DNA of 64,000 nt, taken from contig JAXDQS010000010.1 of the NCBI GenBank assembly GCA_034667725.1, positions 256,001-320,000 of the forward strand, in the 5' to 3' direction. The DNA comes from Thermoplasmata archaeon (GTDB taxonomy: Archaea > Thermoplasmatota > E2 > JACPAO01 > JAHFTW01). Positions 1 to 10,247 of the stretch are shown in pieces. The notes beneath the pieces are model-generated. The model was given only the letters and a program-made list of their open reading frames with translations, searched no databases and was not told the origin of the DNA. The stretch's first letter is position 1. Every line of letters begins with the position of its first letter. The position numbers and the translations under genes were made by a program.

Positions 1-3000
1 GTCACGACATCCCCGGCCTCGCGGGCCAGATGCGCTCCATCGCGCTGCACGTCGTCGGCCCCAACGACGTCTGGGTGGCGGGCGACGGCGACTGCAACCT
101 CGCCGACCCGTCGCCGTTCATCGCCCACTACTACTACGGCAGCTGGAGCATCTTCCGCACGTCGCAGGTCGGCCCCGGCTGGGCCTGCGAGGGCTTCATC
201 ACCATCTGGATGGACCCCACCGGCTCCTTCGGCTACGCGGGCGGCACCGACGGCATGTGGTTCAAGTACGCCAGCGGCGCGTGGAACCCCGCCCCCAGCC
301 CCGCGCCCGGCGCCTGCGTCCGCGACATCGCCTTCGACAGCAGCGGCCGCGGCTACGTCGGCGCCAACACCGACTTGTGCCTGGCCAGCGGCCGCCCCGC
401 CATCAGTTACTGGGACGGCAGCTCGTGGAGCAGCCACAGCACCTACGGCAGCACCGAGATCTGGAGCGTCATGGACGGCTCCGGCCAATGGGCCGCCGCC
501 ATTCCCAAGGACCCGGCCACCCACGGCATCCTGCAACAGTCCGGCTCGTCCTGGTCCCTCGCCTCCGTCCCCGTTCCGGCGGGCCATTACTACGGCATGA
601 CGCGCGCGCCCGACAGCCGCCTCTGGTTCAGCGCCACCGACCGCAGCAACCGCGGCTTCCTGGTCGAACGCGACCCGTCCGGCACCTGGACGACGCACTG
701 GTTCCAGACCCGCATCGGCTTCCTGCGCGACGTCTCGATGTCGTCCAGCACGGCGGGCCTCGTCGTCGGCGACAAGAACATCCTGGCCATCCAGGTCTCG
801 TCGGCCGCCGCCGCCTCCGCCGACTGGATCTGGGACAGCCTGTCGCCGACCTCCGGCACCACCAGCACGACGTTCGCCGGCCGCGACTCCGGCACCCGCG
901 ACCCCGACAGCGGCAGCGGCACCGTCGCGCACACCTGGAACTGGGGCGACGGCTCGGCCAACGACCTGGCCGCCAACGCCGACCACGTCTACCAGGCGCC
1001 CGGCACCTACGCCGTCACCCACCAGGTGCGTGCCAGCAGCACCGGCCAGGCCAACGCGCACGGCTGGACCGTCACGGTGAACCCCCAGTCCACCAGCATC
1101 GGCCCCAGCACCTCGGACTCGCTGCCCGCCGGCACCCGCGTGGCCCCGAAGTACTACCAGTACACCAACGCGGCCAGCGACGGCCAGGCGCATGACTTCC
1201 GCGTCGTGCTCGGCGGCGCTGCCGGCGTCAAGATGACGATCCGCAAGGGCACCGGCATGGGCGACTTCAGCGCCGGCGGCAACTGGCCCAACTACGGCGC
1301 CGCCGGCCGCGACCTGTCCGGCCCCATCGCCTACGGCCAGTCCATCACCATCCGGGTCGAGCAGGACACCAGCGTGAGCCCCTACGGCGGCTCCTACACC
1401 CTCACGGTGACGCAGCTGCCGCCCCCGCCCAACCCGGCCTTGAGCAGCCTGGTGCCGCAGCCGATGGAGGCGCTGACCCGCGGCTACGAGGAGCTGACGT
1501 TCCGCGTCACCTGGACCGACACGCAAGGCTACCAGCCCCGCGACGCCAGCGGCGCCACCAGCCCGCCCACCATCACGCTGGACACCAACGGCGACGGCGC
1601 CCTGGAGACCTACTCCATGCACCTGGACCGGCCGCTGTTCACCGGCTCCACCTACAAGGCGATCTACTCGTACTCGACCTACCTCAAGGAAGGCAGCGGC
1701 ACCCAGCCGATCTACAAGGCTTGGGACACGCAGCCCTACCAGCAGGTCGCCACCGGCGCCTGGATCTACGCCCGCGCCACCGTCCTCAAGGCCTACGACT
1801 TCGAGGCCGACGCCGTCGACCGCCTCCCGGCAGGCTTCGCCAACGTCCCGCTGGCCGGCCACCCGGTGAGCTACTGGCACGTCACCGACACCGCCAAGGC
1901 GGGCACGCCCGACCGCGTCGCCTTCGGCGCGCACGGCAAGGCCCTCTGGTTCGGCCAGGAGTCCTCCGGGAACTACGTCGACGCCGACGGCCGCGCCCCG
2001 GGCGGCGCCCTCGAGACGCCGGTGCACGACCTGAACCGCATGGACAAGCCGGTGCTGTCGTTCGCGTCGCTCTACGAGACCCAGGACGACGGCAGCAGCA
2101 TCGACGTCAAGCAGGTCCACATCAAGGCCCGCGACCCCGGCGGCGTCTGGGGCGGCTGGGTGCTGCTGCAGGCCGTCCACGGCCCCGGCTTCCTGCCCGG
2201 CCGCTGGAACACCGTGGCCGCCAGCCTCGCCGACTACGCCGGCAAGGAGGTCGTGCTGCGCTTCCAGTTCCAGGCCGACAACGCCAACAACGGCTACCTC
2301 GGCTGGTACGTCGACGACATCGTGCTCGGCAGCGACGCCGACGGCGACCTGATCCCCGACCTGAAGGAGGCCAACCGCGTCATCGGGCTCCGCAACGGCG
2401 CCGTCGGCCCCGTCAACGTCGCCCCCGGCCAGACCGGCGCCAGCTACGTCAACCGCGTCAGCACCTCCGGCTTCCAGGGTGTCGTCGCCGAGGCCGTCCT
2501 CTACTCCGAGCGGCCGCAGGACCTGCGCGTCGAGCTGCTGGTGCCGCCGGCGGGCACGCTCCCCGGCGACTTCCCCGCGCTCACGACCGAATTCCGGCCG
2601 TTCAAGCTGAACCCGGCCGCGGCGCCCGCCACCGACACGGTGTGCGGCGTCACCAGCCCGGTGCGCAACTCCCTGTCGCCCTGGTACGCGACCTACCCGA
2701 ACCTGCTCTTGGACCCCGCCACCGGCTTCGACAACCCCCGCATCGGCGGCGGCTTCGGCCCCGACTCGCGCCCGACCGTCGTGCCGATCCACGCCCTGGA
2801 GTTCAAGCGGGTCGACGGCGTCGGCCTTGCCATCAAGGCGGACCTCACCGAATGCCTCAAGGCCGCCGGCTTGAGCGAGTTCGGCGTCCACGACGTCGTG
2901 CTGCGCGTCCAGAACACCGCCGCCTCCGGCACCGCGACCATCGAGTCGTTCGCGGTCACCGGCGTCGGCCGGTCGTCGATGTTCAGCGCCCGCAGCGCCG

Positions 3001-4742
3001 CCATCGGCATGGGCGACTACCGCGCCAGCGACGGCGGCTGGCTGGGCGGCGGCACGCCGCTGGGCCCCGACGCCGACTGGGACGGCATGGCGCGCGGCGA
3101 GGACGGCAACGACATGGTGCCGACCTACGTGCCGTTGGTCTTCGTCGACTACAACAAGCCCGAGGAGGGCCTGCAGTTCGCCCTCGACAGCAAGCGCGTC
3201 GTGCTGTCCGTCGACATCCTGGCCACCACCGGCACCACCACGCGCGACGTCGCGACCCCGGTGGCCCAGGCCTACGGCGAGTGGCGCAACTACGTCCTGC
3301 CGGCCAGCCGGTTCGCCGGCGCCGACAGCCTGCGCATCGTCGTCAGCCTGGCCGGCGGCTCGGTCATGACCATCGAGGCGGCCTTCAAGGACCGCCAGCC
3401 GCAGCTGGCCAGCCTCACCGAGTCCTTCCTGGCCGACCCCGGCAACCCCTCGCCGGAGCCTGGCAGCCACTACCTGACCGACGCCGAGCGCAACCTCGGC
3501 TACATCATGGGCGGCGCCAAGGCCCTCTACTGGGTCTACAAGGCGGGCAAGCTCATCACGGGCGTCGGGGCCGCCGAGACCGCCCTCGAAGGGGCCACCC
3601 TGGTCGTCAAGACCGTCGGCAAGTGGGCCATCGTCAAGGTCGCCAAGGAGGGCCTCAAGTCGGCCTACGCCTCCAGTGGCGAGCTCACCATCTACGAGAA
3701 GACCTCGCGCCACAACATCTACAAGGGCCGGACCTCGCGCGGCGACTACCCCGAGGTCTACGACCTCTTGGACGAGGCCATCACCAACGCCCAAGGCCCG
3801 TACCCCACCATCGGCGGCAACAACGTCTGGTTCTACGAGAAGGCGGTGGACCCGTCGACGGGCGCCATCGCCAAGCTCTACGTGCTGGAGACCCGCCAGG
3901 ACGGCGACCTGTTCCGCGGCTGGGGCCACTCGCTTGCCAGCTGGGGCCAGATGGTGTCGCGGCCCTACACGGCCGGCGCGGACGCCAACACCGTCCACGC
4001 CACCGACGTCTCGGACATCCAGAGCATCGAGCGGCTGGCCAAGGTCGCCGGCCCGTACCCGAGCTTCGGGAGCTTCCTGTGCGCCGTCACTTGCTATGCC
4101 GAGGTGGACGGCGACCCCGGCCGCGTCCACCTGCAAGCCTACGGCGTCAACTGGGACAACCGCCACGACAGCAAGCTCGACGTCGACGCCGGCTGGGTCA
4201 CGGCGGCGCGCTACGCCGCCTACCGCCCGAACTCGTGGGTGCCTTCCATCAACGAGGGCCAGCGCGACCTCCAGCTCGCGGGCTGGATCCGGTCGTACCG
4301 CTTCATCCACGACAACGGCGTCCACGCCTCGGCCTCGCAGGACGCGAAGGCCTTCTGGGGCGACGACTACGCCTCGAACCCAGGATGCGCTGCCGAGACC
4401 ACGCGCCGCTGCCAGGCGCCGACCGCGACCTTCGACGGCCACGGCGTCTTCGCCCAGGGCTTCACCCTGCGCTGGACGACCTCGTCGAGCCCCACGGTCC
4501 TCAAGACCGACAAGGCGGCCAGCTTCGGCCTCTACACCAACTCCGACCGCGGGCCCTGGGATGGCCGCTCCGGCATCGAAAAGAGGCGCGACACCCTGGC
4601 GACGTCGCTCGGCACCCCGGGCTCCGGCCATGACGCGAACCTCATCCTGGCGCTCGACGCCAGCGGCGCCACCTGGGAGGACGACCACTACTACCCAGAG
4701 TACGGCCCGCACACCTTGGAGGAGTTCTACGACGTCCCGTAG
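1..4742 (+). CDS. Very large secreted multidomain protein, 5'-truncated by the window (beta-propeller repeats, PKD, MAM/immune-inhibitor-A-like jelly roll, DxDGD Ca loops, hydrophobic segment, unique C-terminus)
   Basis: The frame is open from base 3 (HDIPGLAGQ-MRSI...). PKD signature WNWGDGS...HVYQAPGTYAVT; jelly-roll signature LADYAGKEVVLRFQFQAD...GWYVDDI; DADGDLIPD; strong high-GC3 codon usage. Confidence 0.8.
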   Translation, partial: HDIPGLAGQMRSIALHVVGPNDVWVAGDGDCNLADPSPFIAHYYYGSWSIFRTSQVGPGWACEGFITIWMDPTGSFGYAGGTDGMWFKYASGAWNPAPSPAPGACVRDIAFDSSGRGYVGANTDLCLASGRPAISYWDGSSWSSHSTYGSTEIWSVMDGSGQWAAAIPKDPATHGILQQSGSSWSLASVPVPAGHYYGMTRAPDSRLWFSATDRSNRGFLVERDPSGTWTTHWFQTRIGFLRDVSMSSSTAGLVVGDKNILAIQVSSAAAASADWIWDSLSPTSGTTSTTFAGRDSGTRDPDSGSGTVAHTWNWGDGSANDLAANADHVYQAPGTYAVTHQVRASSTGQANAHGWTVTVNPQSTSIGPSTSDSLPAGTRVAPKYYQYTNAASDGQAHDFRVVLGGAAGVKMTIRKGTGMGDFSAGGNWPNYGAAGRDLSGPIAYGQSITIRVEQDTSVSPYGGSYTLTVTQLPPPPNPALSSLVPQPMEALTRGYEELTFRVTWTDTQGYQPRDASGATSPPTITLDTNGDGALETYSMHLDRPLFTGSTYKAIYSYSTYLKEGSGTQPIYKAWDTQPYQQVATGAWIYARATVLKAYDFEADAVDRLPAGFANVPLAGHPVSYWHVTDTAKAGTPDRVAFGAHGKALWFGQESSGNYVDADGRAPGGALETPVHDLNRMDKPVLSFASLYETQDDGSSIDVKQVHIKARDPGGVWGGWVLLQAVHGPGFLPGRWNTVAASLADYAGKEVVLRFQFQADNANNGYLGWYVDDIVLGSDADGDLIPDLKEANRVIGLRNGAVGPVNVAPGQTGASYVNRVSTSGFQGVVAEAVLYSERPQDLRVELLVPPAGTLPGDFPALTTEFRPFKLNPAAAPATDTVCGVTSPVRNSLSPWYATYPNLLLDPATGFDNPRIGGGFGPDSRPTVVPIHALEFKRVDGVGLAIKADLTECLKAAGLSEFGVHDVVLRVQNTAASGTATIESFAVTGVGRSSMFSARSAAIGMGDYRASDGGWLGGGTPLGPDADWDGMARGEDGNDMVPTYVPLVFVDYNKPEEGLQFALDSKRVVLSVDILATTGTTTRDVATPVAQAYGEWRNYVLPASRFAGADSLRIVVSLAGGSVMTIEAAFKDRQPQLASLTESFLADPGNPSPEPGSHYLTDAERNLGYIMGGAKALYWVYKAGKLITGVGAAETALEGATLVVKTVGKWAIVKVAKEGLKSAYASSGELTIYEKTSRHNIYKGRTSRGDYPEVYDLLDEAITNAQGPYPTIGGNNVWFYEKAVDPSTGAIAKLYVLETRQDGDLFRGWGHSLASWGQMVSRPYTAGADANTVHATDVSDIQSIERLAKVAGPYPSFGSFLCAVTCYAEVDGDPGRVHLQAYGVNWDNRHDSKLDVDAGWVTAARYAAYRPNSWVPSINEGQRDLQLAGWIRSYRFIHDNGVHASASQDAKAFWGDDYASNPGCAAETTRRCQAPTATFDGHGVFAQGFTLRWTTSSSPTVLKTDKAASFGLYTNSDRGPWDGRSGIEKRRDTLATSLGTPGSGHDANLILALDASGATWEDDHYYPEYGPHTLEEFYDVP

Positions 4743-4752
4743 CCGCGCCCTC

Positions 4753-5874
4753 TTGGCCGTCGCGGCGGCGCTGCTGCTGGCCGGCTGCCTGGGGTCGGTG
4801 GACGACGGCAGCCAGGCCCCGCCGCCGGACGCCTGCGCGGACGGCGTGCCGCCGTGCGTCCGCAACGCCGACGCCGAGCTGCTGGAGGCCAAGTACGGCT
4901 TCCGGCAACTCAGCAACGGCACCGGCCGGCCGCTCCAGCCGTGGGTCACGAACGGCTTCGCCGGCTGGTCGGTGTTCTACTCGGACGCCTCCCCCCGCGT
5001 GGACCTCGCGGCGCGGACCCTGGCGGAAGATGACGACGACGGCGCGGCCCGCGGGCTCACGCTGGCGGCCGGCGGCAAGGTCGCCTACACCTTGACGCCG
5101 CTGGCCAACGACGCGCTCGACCACGCCCACGCCCGCCTGCTGCTGCAGGACGCCGCCACCGGCGAGGCCACGCCCCTCGTGGAGGACCGCGGGCTGTATC
5201 CTCGCGCCTTCGGCCCGCCGTGGCTGCTGCTGCAAGAAGACAAGGGCGACGGCGCGCCGCGCGACCTCTGGGCCCTCCACGTCGAGACGCGGGCGCTGCA
5301 ACTGGTCTCCGACCGCAGCGGCGAGGCCCACGGCGGCCCCGTCGTGACCGGCCACGCCGTCGCCGGCCACCACGCCGTCTGGGCCGAGGCCGAGCCCCAG
5401 CCGGACGGAAGCTTCGCCTACTCGGTGCGCACCCGCGACCTGGAGGCCCAAGCCGACGGCCCGACGTTCCGCGTCGCCGGCGGCGGCGAGGTCGACTGGA
5501 TCGCCAGCACCGGCGCCGCCGCGGCCATCCTGGTCGGCCACGACGCGGGCGCCGACCTTTTGCTCTTCGACCCCGCCACCGGCCAGGCACGCCCGCTGGG
5601 CCCCGAGCCCGGCTGGAACGCGGTGCTCGCCGCCGCGGGCGGCGGCGCCGTCGTCGTGGCCGAGCGCCGCGGCGACGACGAGGCCCGGCTGCGCCTCATC
5701 CGCGCCGACGGCACGTCGGAGGCGCTGGCGGACCTGGAGGAGCTGGCGGTGGCGTCGATGGCCACCGACGGCCACGACCTCGTGCTGGTGGCCTACGCGT
5801 CGCCAAGCCGCGGCCTGCGCTACGAAGGCACCCAGGTCTACTGGAAGCCGCTCGACCTCGGCAATCGCGCTTAA
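4753..5874 (+). CDS. Lipoprotein with TolB-like/beta-propeller character (start uncertain: TTG 4753 or ATG 4630)
   Basis: C-terminal part of ORF 3676..5874; hydrophobic stretch with lipobox LLLAGC; starts right after the giant gene. Confidence 0.7.
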   Translation: MAVAAALLLAGCLGSVDDGSQAPPPDACADGVPPCVRNADAELLEAKYGFRQLSNGTGRPLQPWVTNGFAGWSVFYSDASPRVDLAARTLAEDDDDGAARGLTLAAGGKVAYTLTPLANDALDHAHARLLLQDAATGEATPLVEDRGLYPRAFGPPWLLLQEDKGDGAPRDLWALHVETRALQLVSDRSGEAHGGPVVTGHAVAGHHAVWAEAEPQPDGSFAYSVRTRDLEAQADGPTFRVAGGGEVDWIASTGAAAAILVGHDAGADLLLFDPATGQARPLGPEPGWNAVLAAAGGGAVVVAERRGDDEARLRLIRADGTSEALADLEELAVASMATDGHDLVLVAYASPSRGLRYEGTQVYWKPLDLGNRA

Positions 5875-5898
5875 GAGTTGCACCTCCGTCGCGCCGCC

Positions 5899-6534
5899 GT
5901 GGCGCGCTTTGCGCGGGGGTCCGCCCCCTGGCTGCTGGCCCCCGTGACCCTCGCGGTCGTGCTGGTGGCCTACGGTCTGCAGTCGAAGGACGTCTGGCCG
6001 TTCGTCGCCGCGGTCCTGCCGCTCTTGGTGTTCGCGTTCTTCATCGTGTTCTTCCGCGACCCCGACCGCCTGGCCTCGGAAGGCATCGCGAGCCCCGCCG
6101 ACGGCACCGTGAGCTTCATCGACGAGGTGGACGACCCCGACCTCGGCCGGGTCGAGCGCTTCTCGATCTTCATGTCGCCTAAGGACGTCCACGTCAACCG
6201 CTACCCGGTGGACGGCACCGTCGTGTCGGTGCTGCACAAGCCCGGCGGCCACGTGCCCGCCTTCAACAAGGAGGCCGAGCGCAACGAGCGGGTCGAGACC
6301 CTGCTGGCCACCGCCCACGGCCGCGTCAAGGTCATCCAGATCGCCGGCACCGTGGCCCGCCGCATCGTGCCCTACCACAAGGCCGGCGAGGCCGCCGTCA
6401 AGGGCGAGCGCTTCGGCCTCATCCGCCTCGGCTCGCGCTGCGACATCCTGGTCGCGCCCGGCACGGTGCGCTGGACCGTCCCGCCCGGCACCCAGGTCTA
6501 CGCCGGCACCACCAGCCTGGGGGCGTTCAAGTGA
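5899..6534 (+). CDS. asd: Archaetidylserine/phosphatidylserine decarboxylase proenzyme
   Basis: FFRDPDR, SPADG, IFMSPKDVHVNRYPVDG, and FGLIRLGSR (pyruvoyl self-cleavage GS). GTG 5899 lies ~25 nt after CTTAAG. Confidence 0.93.
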   Translation: MARFARGSAPWLLAPVTLAVVLVAYGLQSKDVWPFVAAVLPLLVFAFFIVFFRDPDRLASEGIASPADGTVSFIDEVDDPDLGRVERFSIFMSPKDVHVNRYPVDGTVVSVLHKPGGHVPAFNKEAERNERVETLLATAHGRVKVIQIAGTVARRIVPYHKAGEAAVKGERFGLIRLGSRCDILVAPGTVRWTVPPGTQVYAGTTSLGAFK

Positions 6535-7379
6535 CCCAGCCGCCGCCCGGCGCCCCTGGCGCCCCCGCCGCGGGCGACGGCGACACCTGGCGCGGCTACT
6601 TCCGCGCCGCCCTGCGCGACGAGTGGGACGGCCTCGACCGCATCAACCGCGACCTCCGGCTGGCGGACCTGTTCACGCTCACCAACGCCCTCATGGGCCT
6701 CGCCGCGCTGCTGCTGATCGCCACCGCGCCCTACGAGGCCCGCTGGGACCGCATCCACCTCGCCATCGAGCTGGTCCTGGTCGGCGTCATCATGGACGGC
6801 GTCGACGGCGCCGTGTCCCGCATGGGCAAAGGCAACGGCCCGCTCGGCGCCGTCCTCGACACGCTCGCCGACGCCTTGACCTTCGTCGCCACCAGCGCCG
6901 TCGTCACCTTCGTCTTCATCGACACCGCCCGCGGCGGCGAGACCGACCCGTTCCTCGACCGCTGGGGCAGCCTGCTCGCCCTCGGCTTCTACGTCGTGTG
7001 CGGCCTGCTGCGCCTGGCCCGCTTCGAGTCGCTCCGGGACACCGGCAAGCCCCGCGACTACTTCTCCGGCATCCCGACGCCCGCCGCCGCCCTCATGCTG
7101 CTGGCCATGGTGCTGGTCGAGTCGCCCGACTGGCTGCTGCTGTCGGCCGCGTTCGTGCTCGGCATCCTCATGACGACCCGCGCCCGCTACCCGAAGATCC
7201 GCGGCTGGATCGCCGTCGGCACCGTCGCCATCCTGCTCGCCATCCTCGTGAGCTTCAGCAACCCCGACTTCCAGGCGTGGCTCGCGCGCGGCCTCCTGGC
7301 CCTCATGGCGCTCTACGTCCTTGCCGGCCCCTTCGTCGTGCTCGCCCGCCACGGCGCCAACTTCCCGGGGTCCCGGTAG
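6531..7379 (+). CDS. pssA: Archaetidylserine synthase (CDP-alcohol phosphatidyltransferase)
   Basis: DGVDGAVSR-x-G-x-LDTLAD motif, LRLARF, FSGIPTP; overlaps asd (GTGA). Confidence 0.9.
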   Translation: MTQPPPGAPGAPAAGDGDTWRGYFRAALRDEWDGLDRINRDLRLADLFTLTNALMGLAALLLIATAPYEARWDRIHLAIELVLVGVIMDGVDGAVSRMGKGNGPLGAVLDTLADALTFVATSAVVTFVFIDTARGGETDPFLDRWGSLLALGFYVVCGLLRLARFESLRDTGKPRDYFSGIPTPAAALMLLAMVLVESPDWLLLSAAFVLGILMTTRARYPKIRGWIAVGTVAILLAILVSFSNPDFQAWLARGLLALMALYVLAGPFVVLARHGANFPGSR

Positions 7380-7380
7380 G

Positions 7381-8832
7381 ATGCCCAAGGCCCCGCGCCA
7401 ACGACGCACCAGCATCCGCACCGCCAGCGACGCCGTCCAAGACCAGTACGTCGCCCGCATCCGCGCCCTCGCCGACGACCCCACCGTCGTGCTCCCCGAG
7501 CCCGTCGGCCCCGAGCACCCCGTCCTTGCCAAGCTGCGCCGCCGCCTAAAGGCCGGCAAGCTCCCCGTCACCGCCCGCTTCGACAAAGGCCTCGTCGGCG
7601 CCGTCCGCGTCGCCCTGTCCCTCGCCGACGTCGACTCGGCGCCCCGCATGGTGGACGCCCGCGTCGACGGCAACCGCCGCTTCTACCTCCAGCGCGGCCA
7701 CGTCGTCCGCCTGTGCAACCTCGGCGTCCAGAACTGGGACGACCCCCTCAGCCTGATGCTCGCCTACGGCCGCCTCGCCCCCAAGCACGGCCTCCACCTG
7801 TTCGCCGGCGACAAGCTCTGGTGCAGCGGCGCCAAGCCCAACCCCCCGCCCGAATGGTTCGCCGCCCTGGCCCGCCGCACCGGCGTCCCCCTCACCCCCA
7901 ACGACGACGGCGCCGCCTGCCCGCACGGCGACCGCCCCCGCCTCGAGCTCCGTATGCGCAACGGCCCCGCCCTCCTCGTGTGCGGCCCCTGCGGCGCCAA
8001 GTCCGCCAGCGGCGGCATGAACCTCCACGGCCACCTCCTGCAACGCTACCTCAGCGACCGCCCCGCCCGCCCCGTCGAGCTCGCCGTCCGCCTCCCCGAC
8101 GGCAAACGCCACGACCTGCCCGACACCCTCCAGGCCAGCTACCGCGCCGGCCGCGCCGACGAAGCCGCCATCCTCGAGGTCGCCCTCCAGGCGTTCCACG
8201 GCTCGCGCGCCGACGGCGGCTACGTCGCCGCCGGCCGCACCTACCCCACCCAGTCCGCCTTCCTCGACGCCCTCGGCCTCGCGCCCTGGGAAATGGAGGC
8301 CGTCCGCCGCATGACCGCCGACGGCCACATCGGGCCCAGCCTCGACGTGCCCGTGGTGCTGGCGGCGCACGCCGACAAGCTGCCCGAGGCCGTCGAGGCG
8401 CTGCTGCCCGGCGACGGCGCCGCGTTCGCAAGGAAGCACGCCGGCACCGAGGCGCGGACTTTGCTGCGGATGGCGCACGACGAGGCGCAACGGCGGGCGC
8501 GGACCCGCGACTTGCCTGTGCTGGAGGGCGTGGGCCCGTTGGGGCAGTGGATGGACGCGTTCGTCCGGCAGGCGCGGACTTTGGACCGCGGCGAGCTGCT
8601 GCAACAAGTCCGCAAGGAGATCGGCAACCCACGGCACCCGGCGCACCTGTACGCTTTTTTGTGCGCGGCGGGATTGGAAAGCGAGGGGGAACGGAGCTTC
8701 ACCTTGGACCAAAGGGAGGCCGGCAAGCACTGGTCAGGCGCTGCGGCGAAGGTGATGGCTTCCACTGGTGAAGGGTATCGGCTGGCCGTGCTGGAGTATC
8801 TCAGGGAGACGGGGGCGGGGGAGGGGGCGTAG
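7381..8832 (+). CDS. Conserved hypothetical protein with Cys/His (CPH...CxxC) motif
   Basis: ATG 1 nt after the pssA stop; coding-like codon usage; resembles a Thermoplasmata-type hypothetical (recalled, not verified). Confidence 0.75.
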   Translation: MPKAPRQRRTSIRTASDAVQDQYVARIRALADDPTVVLPEPVGPEHPVLAKLRRRLKAGKLPVTARFDKGLVGAVRVALSLADVDSAPRMVDARVDGNRRFYLQRGHVVRLCNLGVQNWDDPLSLMLAYGRLAPKHGLHLFAGDKLWCSGAKPNPPPEWFAALARRTGVPLTPNDDGAACPHGDRPRLELRMRNGPALLVCGPCGAKSASGGMNLHGHLLQRYLSDRPARPVELAVRLPDGKRHDLPDTLQASYRAGRADEAAILEVALQAFHGSRADGGYVAAGRTYPTQSAFLDALGLAPWEMEAVRRMTADGHIGPSLDVPVVLAAHADKLPEAVEALLPGDGAAFARKHAGTEARTLLRMAHDEAQRRARTRDLPVLEGVGPLGQWMDAFVRQARTLDRGELLQQVRKEIGNPRHPAHLYAFLCAAGLESEGERSFTLDQREAGKHWSGAAAKVMASTGEGYRLAVLEYLRETGAGEGA

Positions 8833-8894
8833 TCCCCTCCGCTTCGACGGCCTCTCCCCTCCCCTTCAAATCCCGTTCCCCCCTCAAGCCCGCC

Positions 8895-10247
8895 ATGGTC
8901 ATGGAAGGCCTCGGCGAGTCCCTGAGGTCCACCCTTCGCAAGCTCGCCAACGCCGGCCGCATCGACGCCGAGCTGATCAAGGAGGTCACGCGCGACATCC
9001 AGCGGGCGCTCATCCAGGCCGACATGAACGTCCGCCTCGTCCTAAGCCTCTCCAAGACCATCGAGCGGCGGGCGCTTGAGGAAAAGCCCCTGTCCGGGAT
9101 GTCGAACCGGGAGCACGTGGTCCGCATCGTCCACGACGAGCTGGTCAAGCTCCTGGGCGAGCCGCGCACCATCCCGCTCAAGAAGCAGGTCATCATGATG
9201 GTCGGCCTCTACGGCCAGGGCAAGACGACGACCACGGGCAAGCTGGCGCTTCACTTCAAGAAAAAGGGGATGCGGGTGGGCGTCATCGCCGCCGACGTCC
9301 ATCGGCCTGCGGCGCACGCGCAGCTCAAGACGCTTGCCGACAAGGTGCAGGTCATGTTCTACGGCGAGGAGGGGGCGCGCGACGCCGCCGGCATCGTGAC
9401 CCGCGGCTTGGCCGAGTTGCGCAAGAAGAACGACATCCTCATCGTGGACACGGCCGGCCGCGACAAGCTGGAGGCCTCGCTCATCGACGAGATGAAGGAC
9501 ATCTTCGAGGCGGCCAAGCCGGACGAGAAGTTCCTCGTCATGGACGCCGCCGTCGGCCAGCAGGCGGAGTCGCAGGCCAAGGCGTTCCACGACGCCGTGC
9601 AGGTCACGGGCGTCATCATCACGAAGCTCGACGGCACGGCCAAGGGCGGCGGCGCGCTGTCGGCGGTCGCGGTCACGAAAGCCCCCGTGGTCTTCATCGG
9701 CACCGGCGAGCATGTCGACGAGCTGGAGCCCCTCGACCCGAAGCGCTTCATCGGCCGCCTCCTGGGCATGGGCGACCTGGAGGCGCTCTTGGAGAAGGCG
9801 AACGCCGCCATGGAGGGCAAGGACGCGGAGAAGGTGGCGCGCAAGATGCTCACCGGCCGCTTCACCCTCAACGACATGATGGCGCAGATGGAGATGGTCA
9901 ACAAGATGGGGCCGCTCGGGAAGGTCGCCCAGATGCTGCCCGGCAACCTCGGCCAGGCATTGCAAGGCCGCGACATGGAAGGGACCCAGAAGAAGCTCGC
10001 CACCTACAAGACCATCATGACCTCGATGACGGACGACGAGCGCGAGGACCCCAACCTCCTCAAGGCGCCCCGCATCGGCCGCATCGCGCGCGGCTCCGGC
10101 CGCACCACCAACGAGGTCCGCGAGCTCTTGAAGTACTACGAGGCGACGAAGGGCATGATGAAGGGCATCGGCAGCAACCGCAAGATGCAGCGCAACCTGA
10201 TGCGCCAGATGGGCCAGAAGGGCGGCGGCCGCGGCGGGAAGGCCTAG
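8895..10247 (+). CDS. srp54: Signal recognition particle protein SRP54
   Basis: GLYGQGKTTT, DTAGR, TKLDGTAKGGGALS, Met-rich M domain with RIARGSG. Confidence 0.98.
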   Translation: MVMEGLGESLRSTLRKLANAGRIDAELIKEVTRDIQRALIQADMNVRLVLSLSKTIERRALEEKPLSGMSNREHVVRIVHDELVKLLGEPRTIPLKKQVIMMVGLYGQGKTTTTGKLALHFKKKGMRVGVIAADVHRPAAHAQLKTLADKVQVMFYGEEGARDAAGIVTRGLAELRKKNDILIVDTAGRDKLEASLIDEMKDIFEAAKPDEKFLVMDAAVGQQAESQAKAFHDAVQVTGVIITKLDGTAKGGGALSAVAVTKAPVVFIGTGEHVDELEPLDPKRFIGRLLGMGDLEALLEKANAAMEGKDAEKVARKMLTGRFTLNDMMAQMEMVNKMGPLGKVAQMLPGNLGQALQGRDMEGTQKKLATYKTIMTSMTDDEREDPNLLKAPRIGRIARGSGRTTNEVRELLKYYEATKGMMKGIGSNRKMQRNLMRQMGQKGGGRGGKA

